A stretch of DNA of 64,000 nucleotides from Bdellovibrionales bacterium. Its GTDB lineage: Bacteria; Bdellovibrionota; Bdellovibrionia; Bdellovibrionales; JAGQZY01. The stretch lies in contig JANPLN010000002.1 in NCBI GenBank assembly GCA_031426555.1, positions 32,001-96,000 on the forward strand, read 5' to 3'. Position 1 is the stretch's first letter, and the number at the start of each line of letters is the position of its first letter. Shown in pieces: positions 40,158 to 49,168 of this stretch. The translations under genes and the position numbers were made by a program. The notes beneath the pieces were generated by a model, which saw nothing but the letters and a program-made list of their open reading frames with translations, had not been told where the DNA came from and searched no databases.

Positions 40158-41624
40158 TCATTTAGATTTTCCACTATTCTGGTTCAATGAAGCCATGTAC
40201 CTTTTTGTAGCTTCGGGGAGAGATTTCCAAATCTTAAGGGACAAAACAAAGCCGACCACAGTGAAGGGCACAAGAAAAAGGGGCCAATATTGCCAATCCT
40301 TGGTGACCAGAAAGCCTAAGCTTAGAGATTGAACACCGCTGCCCAGATAAACAAAGCCATCCACGATTCCAGCAGCCGTCGCTGTCGCCTTGCGTCCACC
40401 AAAATCCGCAGCCGCCGTGCCCGACATCAGTGAATGCACCCCAATCACTGCAAACTGCATCGCTATTGCGCAAAAGCCTATGGTCCACGGCGAAGAAAAC
40501 AGAAGAGCACTCATTAACAGCATGCATAAAAACATGACAAAGTTACAGATAGCCACCGGCGGCCCGCGCCGCGACTGGAAAAAAACATCAGACATGGAGC
40601 CAGCGGTGAATCCGCCCAGGATACCGGCCACACAAAGCCACAAACCCCAGTGTCTCGTAAACACTTCGGCGCCGACTTGCGGGATCTCTTTGGCGAAGAT
40701 CGAGTACCACTGCATAATTCCGTTGCGCAAAACTCCTCCGCAAAATTCGATCAATGAAATAGTTAACAAAATGGGACTTGTGAAAATGCGATGAAGCAGT
40801 TGGCGAATTGTAAATTCCTTATCCATCTCGTCGGAGGACGCATCGTGCGTATCGAAGTCCTCAAAATTCGCTTGTGATGGAGTGTCTTTGAGGATCCACA
40901 TGTCGATGAGGGCCCAAAATACAAGAATCGCAGAGGGTATGAAAAACACAAACCAGGTGGCATCGGTGGTGCCTGTTTCGATGGCGAGAGCCGAGCGTAA
41001 AAATTGCGCAAAGGCCGTGGGATTTTCGTTTTGCAGTTTTGTGGCCTTTACAATGGCTTCGCCCCAGTCGAAGGCAAAATAAACCCCGAAAGAGATGAGC
41101 GTTCCAAAGATAGCGCCGAAAATCCCGCGCTCGCGAACATGAAACCAGTACGCCTTTACTTTAATGATGGAGACGGCCCCGTAACTTTGAAAAAACATGT
41201 TCATTGCGTAGAGGATAGAAAAAGTGAGAGTCAGGTTAAGCTTGATGGTTCCGCGCAAGTAAACAAAGGTTGCGATCCCCATCATCATGTTGCACAGGCT
41301 GGAGCCGAGCGCTGCGATGATGATTCCTTTTTTTCCGCCGATTTTGTCGACCAAGGGGCCGTTGAGCAAAAACGAGAGACCGTAGGTGATGGTTCCAGCC
41401 GCAAAAATAATTCCAAAATCTTCCTTGGTCATCAAATCGCCAAAGGCGTTTTTCGAGACGTTGAGATTGTAACGAGCCATATAAAGAAAAGCGTAGGTCA
41501 TTCCCAAAGGAAACCAGTTCCAAAATCGGCGAATCATAAACTTACGACTGTGCTTGAGAGGGTTGCGCGAAAAGTACAACCAGATAACGAAGACGAGAAA
41601 CCCGCCGATGATCAATAAATCCAT
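40158..41624 (-). CDS. MFS transporter, GlpT/UhpT (organophosphate:Pi antiporter)-like
   Basis: YMARYN, WFHVRERG, SDVFFQSRRGP, TAAGIVDGFVYLG; multiple TMs. Confidence 0.85.
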   Translation of the reverse strand: MDLLIIGGFLVFVIWLYFSRNPLKHSRKFMIRRFWNWFPLGMTYAFLYMARYNLNVSKNAFGDLMTKEDFGIIFAAGTITYGLSFLLNGPLVDKIGGKKGIIIAALGSSLCNMMMGIATFVYLRGTIKLNLTLTFSILYAMNMFFQSYGAVSIIKVKAYWFHVRERGIFGAIFGTLISFGVYFAFDWGEAIVKATKLQNENPTAFAQFLRSALAIETGTTDATWFVFFIPSAILVFWALIDMWILKDTPSQANFEDFDTHDASSDEMDKEFTIRQLLHRIFTSPILLTISLIEFCGGVLRNGIMQWYSIFAKEIPQVGAEVFTRHWGLWLCVAGILGGFTAGSMSDVFFQSRRGPPVAICNFVMFLCMLLMSALLFSSPWTIGFCAIAMQFAVIGVHSLMSGTAAADFGGRKATATAAGIVDGFVYLGSGVQSLSLGFLVTKDWQYWPLFLVPFTVVGFVLSLKIWKSLPEATKRYMASLNQNSGKSK

Positions 41625-41699
41625 AGCCGCCCCTATCACCCAATCCCCAGACATGGGTTGTTTATTGCTTCTAACCAGATGCGAAGTTATATTGGCATC

Positions 41700-42395
41700 G
41701 TGAATTTGCATCAACTTATAAAACTGATTACACCGCAAACTTTAATCGTTTTGGACATCGACTCCACACTGGTGCAAACCCATAAACGAAATGAAGCCAT
41801 TCTCAGACGCTTTGCCCAAAATTCCATTCATGCAAAGCGCCACTTATTTGAGCAGGCAGAGTGTTTTCCTTTTGAGTATGGCTACATGCAGGCTCTACAC
41901 CGGCTGGGGGTATTTGGCGACGAAGAACTCAAGTCAGAAGTCGGAAAATTTTGGCGGCAACATTTTTTTTCCAACGATTATTTGCACTGCGATCTTCCCC
42001 ACGACGGCGCCCAGGATTTTGTGGCGTGGCTCAATCAAAAATGGATGCCCCATGTTTACCTTACGGGTCGTCCGCGCCCCTTAATGTGGGAGGGAACTTT
42101 GACGTCGCTGCAGGCGCTGCAGTTTCCAGTGACGGCCGACAACTTACATCTCAAGCCACAGGCGCAGGATGTGGATGAACTTTTTAAGTCGCAAAAAATG
42201 GCGGAGCTGAAGCGCGGATATTCGAAGGTGGTTTTTATTGATAACGAACCAAAGGTTTTAAATCAAATCGACAAAGATCATCCCGACATTGTTTTGGTGT
42301 TTGTCGATACCTGTCATTCGCCCAATGTGGTGCCGCCCGCTTCGGCGCTAAAGATCAAAGACTTCCGCGAGCTTGTGCAGCTGTTAAAAGCCTAA
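41700..42395 (+). CDS. HAD-superfamily hydrolase
   Basis: LDIDSTL motif I, YLTGR motif II, FIDNE motif; GTG start assumed. Confidence 0.8.
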   Translation: MNLHQLIKLITPQTLIVLDIDSTLVQTHKRNEAILRRFAQNSIHAKRHLFEQAECFPFEYGYMQALHRLGVFGDEELKSEVGKFWRQHFFSNDYLHCDLPHDGAQDFVAWLNQKWMPHVYLTGRPRPLMWEGTLTSLQALQFPVTADNLHLKPQAQDVDELFKSQKMAELKRGYSKVVFIDNEPKVLNQIDKDHPDIVLVFVDTCHSPNVVPPASALKIKDFRELVQLLKA

Positions 42396-42528
42396 TTGTT
42401 TTCTGGAATTCCGCGAGCCGATCTATACTTTTAGCTAGTTCTATCGAGCCACATTTAATTAAAAAAACAGGCAACGTATAATTGGCTTAAGCCACAAGCG
42501 GTGACGTGGATGATTTCTGGGTGTTTCG

Positions 42529-43679
42529 ATGGAAAAATATTTACTCATTTCAGCGGTGCTTCTGCTTTCGAGTCTCCCACTGGCTGCTGAGGATTCCACA
42601 GAAGTTGTACGAACGATTTTATCAGCGCCTGCTATGGCAAGATACCCTGGACACAGAATTGATCAAGATGTGGCCTGCAAAGAAATGCAACCCGGAGACT
42701 CCTTAAATTTAGATGTGCCATGGAATAGAACACCTTCTAATCAGGTCAGTCGCAAGTATACACTTCAAAGAAGTGCTTCGAACCCTAAAGAATTTAAAGT
42801 GGATATTCCCATTGATTTTTCGGTGATGCCTGGTTTACTCGATCGCCTCTATGGGAGCATTCAGGCCCCCGAGCAGATGAGAGAAGGCCGCGACGGCGAT
42901 CTGATTGCCAGGTTTATGAACCGCGCTAACAAAGTTTTGCTAAGTACAAAGCAAACTTAGGCGATTCTCAGGGAAATTTTTTGAATATCCGGGTTGTTCC
43001 TCCAATGAGTACCAATCGAATCACTGCAAATCCTGTTGAGATTTCTTCGATCAATAGATCCTATTCAGACACGTGGGATTCGGGAGTTGGCTGTGGCACA
43101 ATGATGCACGAAGTTCTCCACTTAACGGGCCTTGTGGATTGTTATCAAGAAAAGTCTATCACTAAGACGTACGATCCTTCATGGTGGCCCTATAGCACCG
43201 ACGAAACGACCATAGCTTACAATTGTAGAAACGTGCGAAATGATACCATCATGGCAAATCACAATGAGATAATGGGCGGTTATAAAACACAAATTTACCA
43301 ATGCCATAGCGCAAGCTGCAGCAGTCGACCTTTTCGCGCAACCTACTCGCTCAATGGGGATGATTTTGTAATGGTACCTAGCCGTCCCGACGCTGATTAT
43401 TCAGACTCATCCAACAATTCGCAAACGTTCGCGCAAAATACCGAAAAAACTATTTCGGAATGGATGACGGCAGGGAGAGCATGGTCGAATGAAGGGCGAG
43501 GCTATGTATTGTTTATTCAGGAACGACCCACTCAGAGTCGATTTTTAACGGATGGTGAATTCAATTTTATCACTCGCCCTCAGTGCTCCAGAGACAACAA
43601 GTATTTTGCGTGCTCGGCCAACGCCTATCGAACGCGGGAGATAGAGGGATGTATAAAGGTTCCCGGAGGTTGCAATTAA
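42529..43679 (+). pseudogene. Secreted zinc-metallopeptidase-like protein (HEVLH) split by a 1-nt frameshift near 42933
   Basis: ORF 42529 has the signal peptide; the frame of ORF 42981 is open from 42930 (FAKYKANLGDSQGNFLNIRV) and contains MMHEVLHLTGLVD. Confidence 0.65.
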
Positions 43680-44268
43680 ACATTTCATTTTTATTATAGC
43701 GTTCTTGGTTGTCTGCCGAGATTTGTTGGCGGATGATTTCGCCAAGAAAGATAATCCTGTCCTCATTCACCTTTCGCGCAGTCAGCCTCACCTGCAGGAG
43801 GAGGTGATCGTTAAATCAGTGAACGGCTTTGATTACATATTAACGACGAGCAATTCTCTGTCCCAAAAAAATACAGAAATCGGAGTTTACAAAAAAAAGG
43901 GGATTTACCTGTTTGCAAAGGCAAAACAATTTTCAACTACAGTCAAAACCGACAGCCCAAAAGATGTTGCTATGGGTAGTCCACACGATTGGCGACTGAA
44001 GGTTTTTGGGAAAGATGTAAAAAAAACTGACCCCGCGTACTCAGATGTTTTTAAAACCTTGCAGTTTGAATTAAAAAATTTAAATAAATGGACACCGGTA
44101 AAAACAGTTCATGGAAAATTCGAAAAATCACAGGTTGTCTTCACTCACTTCGACGGGCGATTAAACACGAAGCGAAGCGAAAAACTCCCAGTGGCTAAAG
44201 CTTGCCAGTTTATCAACGGACATTTTCTATGCCGAACGGACCAAGGTGCAATTCTCGTTTCGATATAG
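43675..44268 (+). CDS. Exported hypothetical protein, probable ATT start
   Basis: GGAGG-N5-ATT gives the signal peptide (M)KHFIFIIAFLVVCRDLLA; in frame with ORF 43705..44268. Confidence 0.6.
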   Translation: MKHFIFIIAFLVVCRDLLADDFAKKDNPVLIHLSRSQPHLQEEVIVKSVNGFDYILTTSNSLSQKNTEIGVYKKKGIYLFAKAKQFSTTVKTDSPKDVAMGSPHDWRLKVFGKDVKKTDPAYSDVFKTLQFELKNLNKWTPVKTVHGKFEKSQVVFTHFDGRLNTKRSEKLPVAKACQFINGHFLCRTDQGAILVSI

Positions 44269-44293
44269 TTGTTTTCGATATTGTGCTCAGCGT

Positions 44294-44755
44294 CTAAAAA
44301 ACTTCATTGCAGCTCGGCGGTAAAACCTCATGAACTGCGCTGTATTTTTTTTCGATAGTTGGATTATAAGCATCTTGCACAGCAGGTTCGGTACAACTTA
44401 AATCATTCACGTCGCTGATACAGCGAATCTTCGCAGTTTCTTCGCTGATAACATCCCCTTCATGCTCCGCATAAACTATTTCGATGAGTGACCACGGATT
44501 GTACTCGCTGGGTAGACCGAGCTTGGGAGCGTAGACCTGCTTGAGCATCTGCTCGGACATGCAGGTCGTAATAGCCTCTTGCTGCTCGTCAGCCACCTGA
44601 CAACCTACCACCTTTTTGCAACTGGCCTCCACAACCTTATACGCACGGGACGCATTCATAACAATATCAGACACCATGGGGTTTCCCGTCTCCGTGCCGC
44701 CGTTTTCTTTGCAAGAAGCCAAAATGAAAAATGTAAGTACGATGAAAACTCTCAT
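44294..44755 (-). CDS. Cys-rich lipoprotein with GGTETGNP N-terminal motif
   Basis: Lipobox LASC; ATGA overlap with the upstream TIGR02147-like gene. Confidence 0.8.
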   Translation of the reverse strand: MRVFIVLTFFILASCKENGGTETGNPMVSDIVMNASRAYKVVEASCKKVVGCQVADEQQEAITTCMSEQMLKQVYAPKLGLPSEYNPWSLIEIVYAEHEGDVISEETAKIRCISDVNDLSCTEPAVQDAYNPTIEKKYSAVHEVLPPSCNEVF

Positions 44756-45606
44756 GCTATCTCCTCTTTTTTACTTACTAAAGGAAACCACTGAATGTTT
44801 AACTGATAAACCTCTTCAGCTCCCTCACTGCTCTCAGCGAGGGCCAGAATTTCCTTGCGAAATTGTTGTATTTTTAATTTGATCTCTTCTTTCTTTAAAA
44901 CGGATATGGGAATGCAAACTGCCGAAACCTCTCTTTGCAGCTTTTGCACCTGTTCGATGGCATCAGAACCTTTTTGAATCATTTCCCGATGGTACTGTTT
45001 CACCAGACTATGGCTTACTTCATTGCCGGTGCTCACAGTTTTTTGCACCTGAACCCACGTGTCTGAGCTTTTTGCAATCAAACCAATCTGTTCGAGGTGT
45101 GTGAGCGCCTCCGTCACTTGCTCTCTTTTTAAGGGAGGAGTGAACTGGTCGGCAATCCACTGTGGATCGTTTTTAAAATTTTTAAACAGCAGCATTTCGC
45201 GAATGGGGATGTAATACCATCGAGCGTAGTAAGCAAATTCCGCTTGCCGAAGAGGGTGGATTTTTTGCAAACCTTTGCATTTTAAAATCCTTTGCGCCCA
45301 ATTGGCTTTGCCTGCTTCGGTTTCGGACTGGTGAAAATTCACCAAGCAAGAAAAGTACTCTGATTCCGAAGCCGATAGCTTAAACGCTTTTGCGAAGGCC
45401 TCGACACTGGCGGGAGAGAGGTTTCGCTTCCCGTCGATGACAAGTTTAAGAAAGTTTGGCGACGTAAAGCCTGCTTTGCTCGCAAAATAACGATACGAAA
45501 ACTGCGGCATCTTTTGTTTGCAGTAATTGAAGTATGTTTTTAAAAACAAACGATGATTTTCGTATTCAAAAATATTAGGTCGCTGTAAATCAAGTTGCTG
45601 TTCCAT
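44752..45606 (-). CDS. TIGR02147/DUF4423-like protein with N-terminal HTH
   Basis: IFEY..HRLFL, FSYRYFASKAGFTSPNFLKLVIDGKRNLS, WYYIPIREM, YHREMI, QREVS, VYQLNIQWFPL. Confidence 0.9.
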   Translation of the reverse strand: MEQQLDLQRPNIFEYENHRLFLKTYFNYCKQKMPQFSYRYFASKAGFTSPNFLKLVIDGKRNLSPASVEAFAKAFKLSASESEYFSCLVNFHQSETEAGKANWAQRILKCKGLQKIHPLRQAEFAYYARWYYIPIREMLLFKNFKNDPQWIADQFTPPLKREQVTEALTHLEQIGLIAKSSDTWVQVQKTVSTGNEVSHSLVKQYHREMIQKGSDAIEQVQKLQREVSAVCIPISVLKKEEIKLKIQQFRKEILALAESSEGAEEVYQLNIQWFPLVSKKEEIA

Positions 45607-45649
45607 TGCTTTAACTGTCGGAATTTTCTTTATTTAAGGCAAGTCGCGA

Positions 45650-45676
45650 TTTTCGAAAACGTATTCTGCAGAATAC
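45650..45676. promoter_or_regulatory. Adjacent perfect palindromes TTTTCGAAAA and GTATTCTGCAGAATAC
   Basis: 10-bp (45650-45659) and 16-bp (45661-45676) perfect palindromes 45-70 bp upstream of the TIGR02147-like gene. Confidence 0.5.
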
Positions 45677-45679
45677 TCC

Positions 45680-46183
45680 TTAGTCTTTCGTCGAGGTGTA
45701 CGGCGCGGAAACGCCATTATCATCGCCGGTTGCCATAACGTCTAAATAAAGCTCTTCTATTTTTTGCGCTATGGGATCATCCAGACTAAGAGGCAGATTA
45801 CAGTAATTCCCATACTGATCGCGATAAGAAACGAGCAGTAAATGAAAAATAAGGGGCACTGGTTCTGAGGGGCCATAACATTGAGCTCGTGCAACAATAT
45901 CGTCACACAAGGCTTTAAAGCTTTGATCGTCTTCGAATATTTTGAGTTTAGAAACATCGTCCAATTCTGAGTAGACTACCACCATAATATCATCATGAGT
46001 TGCTAAAATTGAATCCACAAAGCGCGTGATATTAACTCGATGGGGCTGGCTGCTTGCAAAATTGTGATATTCTAAATTGTGTGCCTCTGTGCAAATAAAA
46101 AACTGTGGGTCCTCTTCAACCTCTTTGCATGCACCAGTCACCGATAAAATTAAGATATAAAAGAGTCGCTTGATATTTCGCAT
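45680..46183 (-). CDS. Hypothetical lipoprotein
   Basis: Signal ending TGAC; AAGGAG RBS. Confidence 0.72.
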   Translation of the reverse strand: MRNIKRLFYILILSVTGACKEVEEDPQFFICTEAHNLEYHNFASSQPHRVNITRFVDSILATHDDIMVVVYSELDDVSKLKIFEDDQSFKALCDDIVARAQCYGPSEPVPLIFHLLLVSYRDQYGNYCNLPLSLDDPIAQKIEELYLDVMATGDDNGVSAPYTSTKD

Positions 46184-46341
46184 ACTTTCTCCTTGTTAGT
46201 TCTTTCAGTGTCGAACCAACAGGAGAAATAAAATAGACGTGCCTTAAACTCATCGTGTTCTGGACGTATTCCATCACTTGTTTTTGTATACCGATTGAAT
46301 ACGGCCTAGCAAGAAATCTCATCCAGAGATGAGGCTATTTA

Positions 46342-46851
46342 CTAACAACCTTCGATTTTATAAAAATTCACTTCGTAGGCTGTTTTCGATTTTACATCAA
46401 TAAGAACAGGCGTCGTAAGCATTTGACCACAGACAGCGTCTCCATTGGGATTCCAGCTGTAAACCACATCTGTGTTTTTAAGCTCACTCAAAAGTTTTTG
46501 AATTGTGCTGATTTCTTTTTTGCTATAAAGCACCTGACTCGCATTGGCATCCTCGTCCATAAAATGAATTGCTGAGAACAATAGGTCCGAAAAGTTTTTT
46601 GCATCTGTGGTGCCCCAGACGAATTCGTCCATGGACTCAACAGTCTTGTAGTTCAGTATAATTTCGTCGTCGGTCTCTTCGGTGACTTGATACTGCAACG
46701 ACTCGGTTAACTGCTCAAGTGTTTCGCCCTCCAGGTTGTAGACGTTCATTCCGGATTCCGCGATGGTGCCTAGCTGAGTTGCCACAGAAGCGATGTCGGC
46801 AGAGGCAAAAAAAGCACAAACTGTTATTAAAGAAAAAAGAATCGTTTTCAT
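46342..46851 (-). CDS. Exported acidic hypothetical protein
   Basis: Signal peptide ending ASA; GGGAG RBS. Confidence 0.75.
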   Translation of the reverse strand: MKTILFSLITVCAFFASADIASVATQLGTIAESGMNVYNLEGETLEQLTESLQYQVTEETDDEIILNYKTVESMDEFVWGTTDAKNFSDLLFSAIHFMDEDANASQVLYSKKEISTIQKLLSELKNTDVVYSWNPNGDAVCGQMLTTPVLIDVKSKTAYEVNFYKIEGC

Positions 46852-46902
46852 AAAATCTCCCTGTTAGCTAAGCTAGTACTGGAGTTCGTGTCCTGACACA
46901 AA

Positions 46903-47439
46903 TTATATTTCGATATGCTTTAAACACTGATAAAGCGAAGCCACCACAATGTTATGATTAAACATTCCGTCCTCAAGAGCTTTTCGCAAGCGCGACAACT
47001 CCATAAGTTCCACGTCTATTTCCTCAAACGGATCTAAATTCTGAGGGCCCTTTATAATGCAGTCTTTTGCCAAATAGGTATGGATTCTATTGTCTTGGAG
47101 CGCTGGATTGGGAAAGTTTTCTGCCACCTTCACGATGTTTTGTGAGGTGTAACCGGTTTCCTCCTCAAGCTCGCGCAAAGCGCCCAGCTTGGGATCTTCC
47201 CCGCGATGCACGGCACCCCCCGGGACTTCCCAGTGAATCTCTCCCGTGGCATGGCGGTACTGTTTGATCAGCACGATTTTGTTATCGCTCGTTATGGGAA
47301 CGATATTTACCCAGTCTGGAAACCGCAAAGTATAGTAGCTCGGCATGATGCGCCCATCGGGCATCTCGCACTTTTCTTGATCTATGGACACCAAACCTGA
47401 TTTAAAGACCTGTTTTGATTCTAAGGATTTCCACTTCAT
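46903..47439 (-). CDS. Nudix hydrolase (ADP-ribose pyrophosphatase-like)
   Basis: Nudix box GGAVHRGEDPKLGALRELEEETGY; KQYRH. Confidence 0.92.
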   Translation of the reverse strand: MKWKSLESKQVFKSGLVSIDQEKCEMPDGRIMPSYYTLRFPDWVNIVPITSDNKIVLIKQYRHATGEIHWEVPGGAVHRGEDPKLGALRELEEETGYTSQNIVKVAENFPNPALQDNRIHTYLAKDCIIKGPQNLDPFEEIDVELMELSRLRKALEDGMFNHNIVVASLYQCLKHIEI

Positions 47440-47443
47440 GGAG

Positions 47444-47576
47444 GTTAGGTATCAACATTCCCAAAAGGTACCAAGTAAGTTTACCGCCAAGGACCTACCG
47501 GCTGCAGTGCGACACCGGTTAATGCGGCGCACTCGGGAAAGGTACTTGGTACCTTTTGGGAATGTTGATACCTAAC
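47444..47576. repeat. Inverted repeat with 34-bp perfect arms filling a divergent intergenic region
   Basis: 47444-47477 is the exact reverse complement of 47543-47576; 65-nt spacer. Confidence 0.95.
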
Positions 47577-47580
47577 GAGC

Positions 47581-48237
47581 ATGCTTTATCTTGTGTCTGT
47601 GCCTGTGGGCCATCCTGACGATATTTCTTTGCGCGCTTTGCAAATTCTCAAAACTGCCGAAGTCATTATTGGCGAAGAGACCAAACCGCTTTTTCAACTT
47701 CTTAAACATCACAATATTCCGCGCCCGGAGGTGGCCGAATTTTTAAACGAGCACAGCAAAGACGTGGATATTGATTTTTTTGTGGGCCTTTGTCGCGAAA
47801 AGAATGTCGCGCTCGTCACCGATTGTGGCACTCCTGGTTTTTGTGATCCTGGCGCTGCTTTGGTTCGCCGCTGCCGTATGGAGAACATTCCTGTTTCCGC
47901 CGTTCCCGGGGCGTCGTCGCTGATGATCCTTTTAAGTTTGAGTGGTTTGGAGCTGAAAGAATTTTATTTTCGCGGTTTTTTACCTGCGAACAATGAGAAG
48001 CGTCGCCAAGAACTTTCGAATCTTAAAAAAATCAAAGTGCCCATTGTACTCATGGACACGCCTTACCGGTTTCGGGCGCTCCTCGAAGATTTGAAGGAAA
48101 CCCACGCGACCTCGCGGTGTGTTCTCGGAATAAACCTCACGCAGGAAAGCGAACATATTTACGACGGACCTTTGTCGCAGTTAAATCTGCAAACGCTTCC
48201 TGAGAAGGCGGAGTTTATCCTCATCCTGCACTCTTAA
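47581..48237 (+). CDS. rsmI: 16S rRNA (cytidine1402-2'-O)-methyltransferase RsmI-like tetrapyrrole-methylase-fold protein
   Basis: LYLVSVPVG..DDISLRA, DCGTPGFCDPG, VPGASS, FRGFLP. Confidence 0.85.
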   Translation: MLYLVSVPVGHPDDISLRALQILKTAEVIIGEETKPLFQLLKHHNIPRPEVAEFLNEHSKDVDIDFFVGLCREKNVALVTDCGTPGFCDPGAALVRRCRMENIPVSAVPGASSLMILLSLSGLELKEFYFRGFLPANNEKRRQELSNLKKIKVPIVLMDTPYRFRALLEDLKETHATSRCVLGINLTQESEHIYDGPLSQLNLQTLPEKAEFILILHS

Positions 48238-48261
48238 GAAACCGCCCCAGTCCTCCGATCA
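48235..48261 (+). promoter_or_regulatory. Putative sigma28-like promoter, leaderless transcript
   Basis: TAAG-N15-TCCGATCA ending 7 nt before ATG 48269; no SD. Confidence 0.5.
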
Positions 48262-48268
48262 ATAGTCT

Positions 48269-49108
48269 ATGAAAAATCTAGTTATTTTAGCCATTGTTGG
48301 AAGCTTCCTTATTCACTTTGAAGCGCTGGCGGAGACGCGAGCCTATTCGCTCTGCCCGAACATCCAGTCGGTGCATTATTCCGACCCGAAAAAAAATCGC
48401 AGCATCGTGATGAATTATGATCCGGTAAGAAAGTACTTTGTTTTTTTACGCTGTGGCGAGAGCGATACAGCTCGCACCACATCCCGCGTCCAGGAAAATA
48501 AATGTCACATTTACCGCCAAGGGCATGAAGGCGCCCTTTGCCGCGACGAAATCACTCAGTCCCGGGTTTCGCGCGTGATTTCAGACGTTGTCGATGCTGG
48601 GGTCTCCACCGCCATCTACGGACCGATGTCGAACCTTTCAAAAGTACGCAGAATCATCTCTACCGCTCGACAACTCAGTATCACCCCGCAATGTTTAGGC
48701 ACGAGCATGATGAAGGCTATGGCTCTCGGAGTGAACTCGTCGGCAATTACCGATACGTTTTACCAAGCCTCCACCGAGATTGGCCCGATGACGGGACTCA
48801 CTCGCTTCGCGACACGAAATCCTACGGCCAAAGCGAGTTACGTGTTTTCCCAAGTGAACTCCATCATCTCGCCGGGCTCGGGCTCCAAGGGCAGTGATGA
48901 CGAACGCAGAGTGAATTTAACGGGGCCGTCGTACATGACCGCTCAGAGAAATAACACCGATACAGATCGACTTGTTCTTGATACAGCCGAGCACCACAGC
49001 CTTTGCACCTATATGAAAAATTTGGGCAACGAGCCTGTGGCTCCCACGGAAGATGCGCAAGCCCGCGCCGTGAGTTCGCAGAGGAACGGGCTTATCACTC
49101 TCGATTAG
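48269..49108 (+). CDS. Exported hypothetical protein
   Basis: Signal peptide ending ALA; 279 aa; several Cys. Confidence 0.75.
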   Translation: MKNLVILAIVGSFLIHFEALAETRAYSLCPNIQSVHYSDPKKNRSIVMNYDPVRKYFVFLRCGESDTARTTSRVQENKCHIYRQGHEGALCRDEITQSRVSRVISDVVDAGVSTAIYGPMSNLSKVRRIISTARQLSITPQCLGTSMMKAMALGVNSSAITDTFYQASTEIGPMTGLTRFATRNPTAKASYVFSQVNSIISPGSGSKGSDDERRVNLTGPSYMTAQRNNTDTDRLVLDTAEHHSLCTYMKNLGNEPVAPTEDAQARAVSSQRNGLITLD

Positions 49109-49162
49109 ATCCTTCGCTAGGTCCTTCATGATGCTCAGGATGGCTGCGCCACTCAGGACGAC
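49108..49162 (+). repeat. Nested REP-like element
   Basis: GATCCTTCGCT...GTCCTTCATGATGCTCAGGATGGC...CTCAGGACGAC, related to 9547-9570; between convergent genes. Confidence 0.55.
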
Positions 49163-49168
49163 GCTGTC

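Noticed and set aside
41004..41618. 204-aa plus-strand ORF
   Set aside because: Entirely antisense to the MFS transporter, with no recognisable motif.
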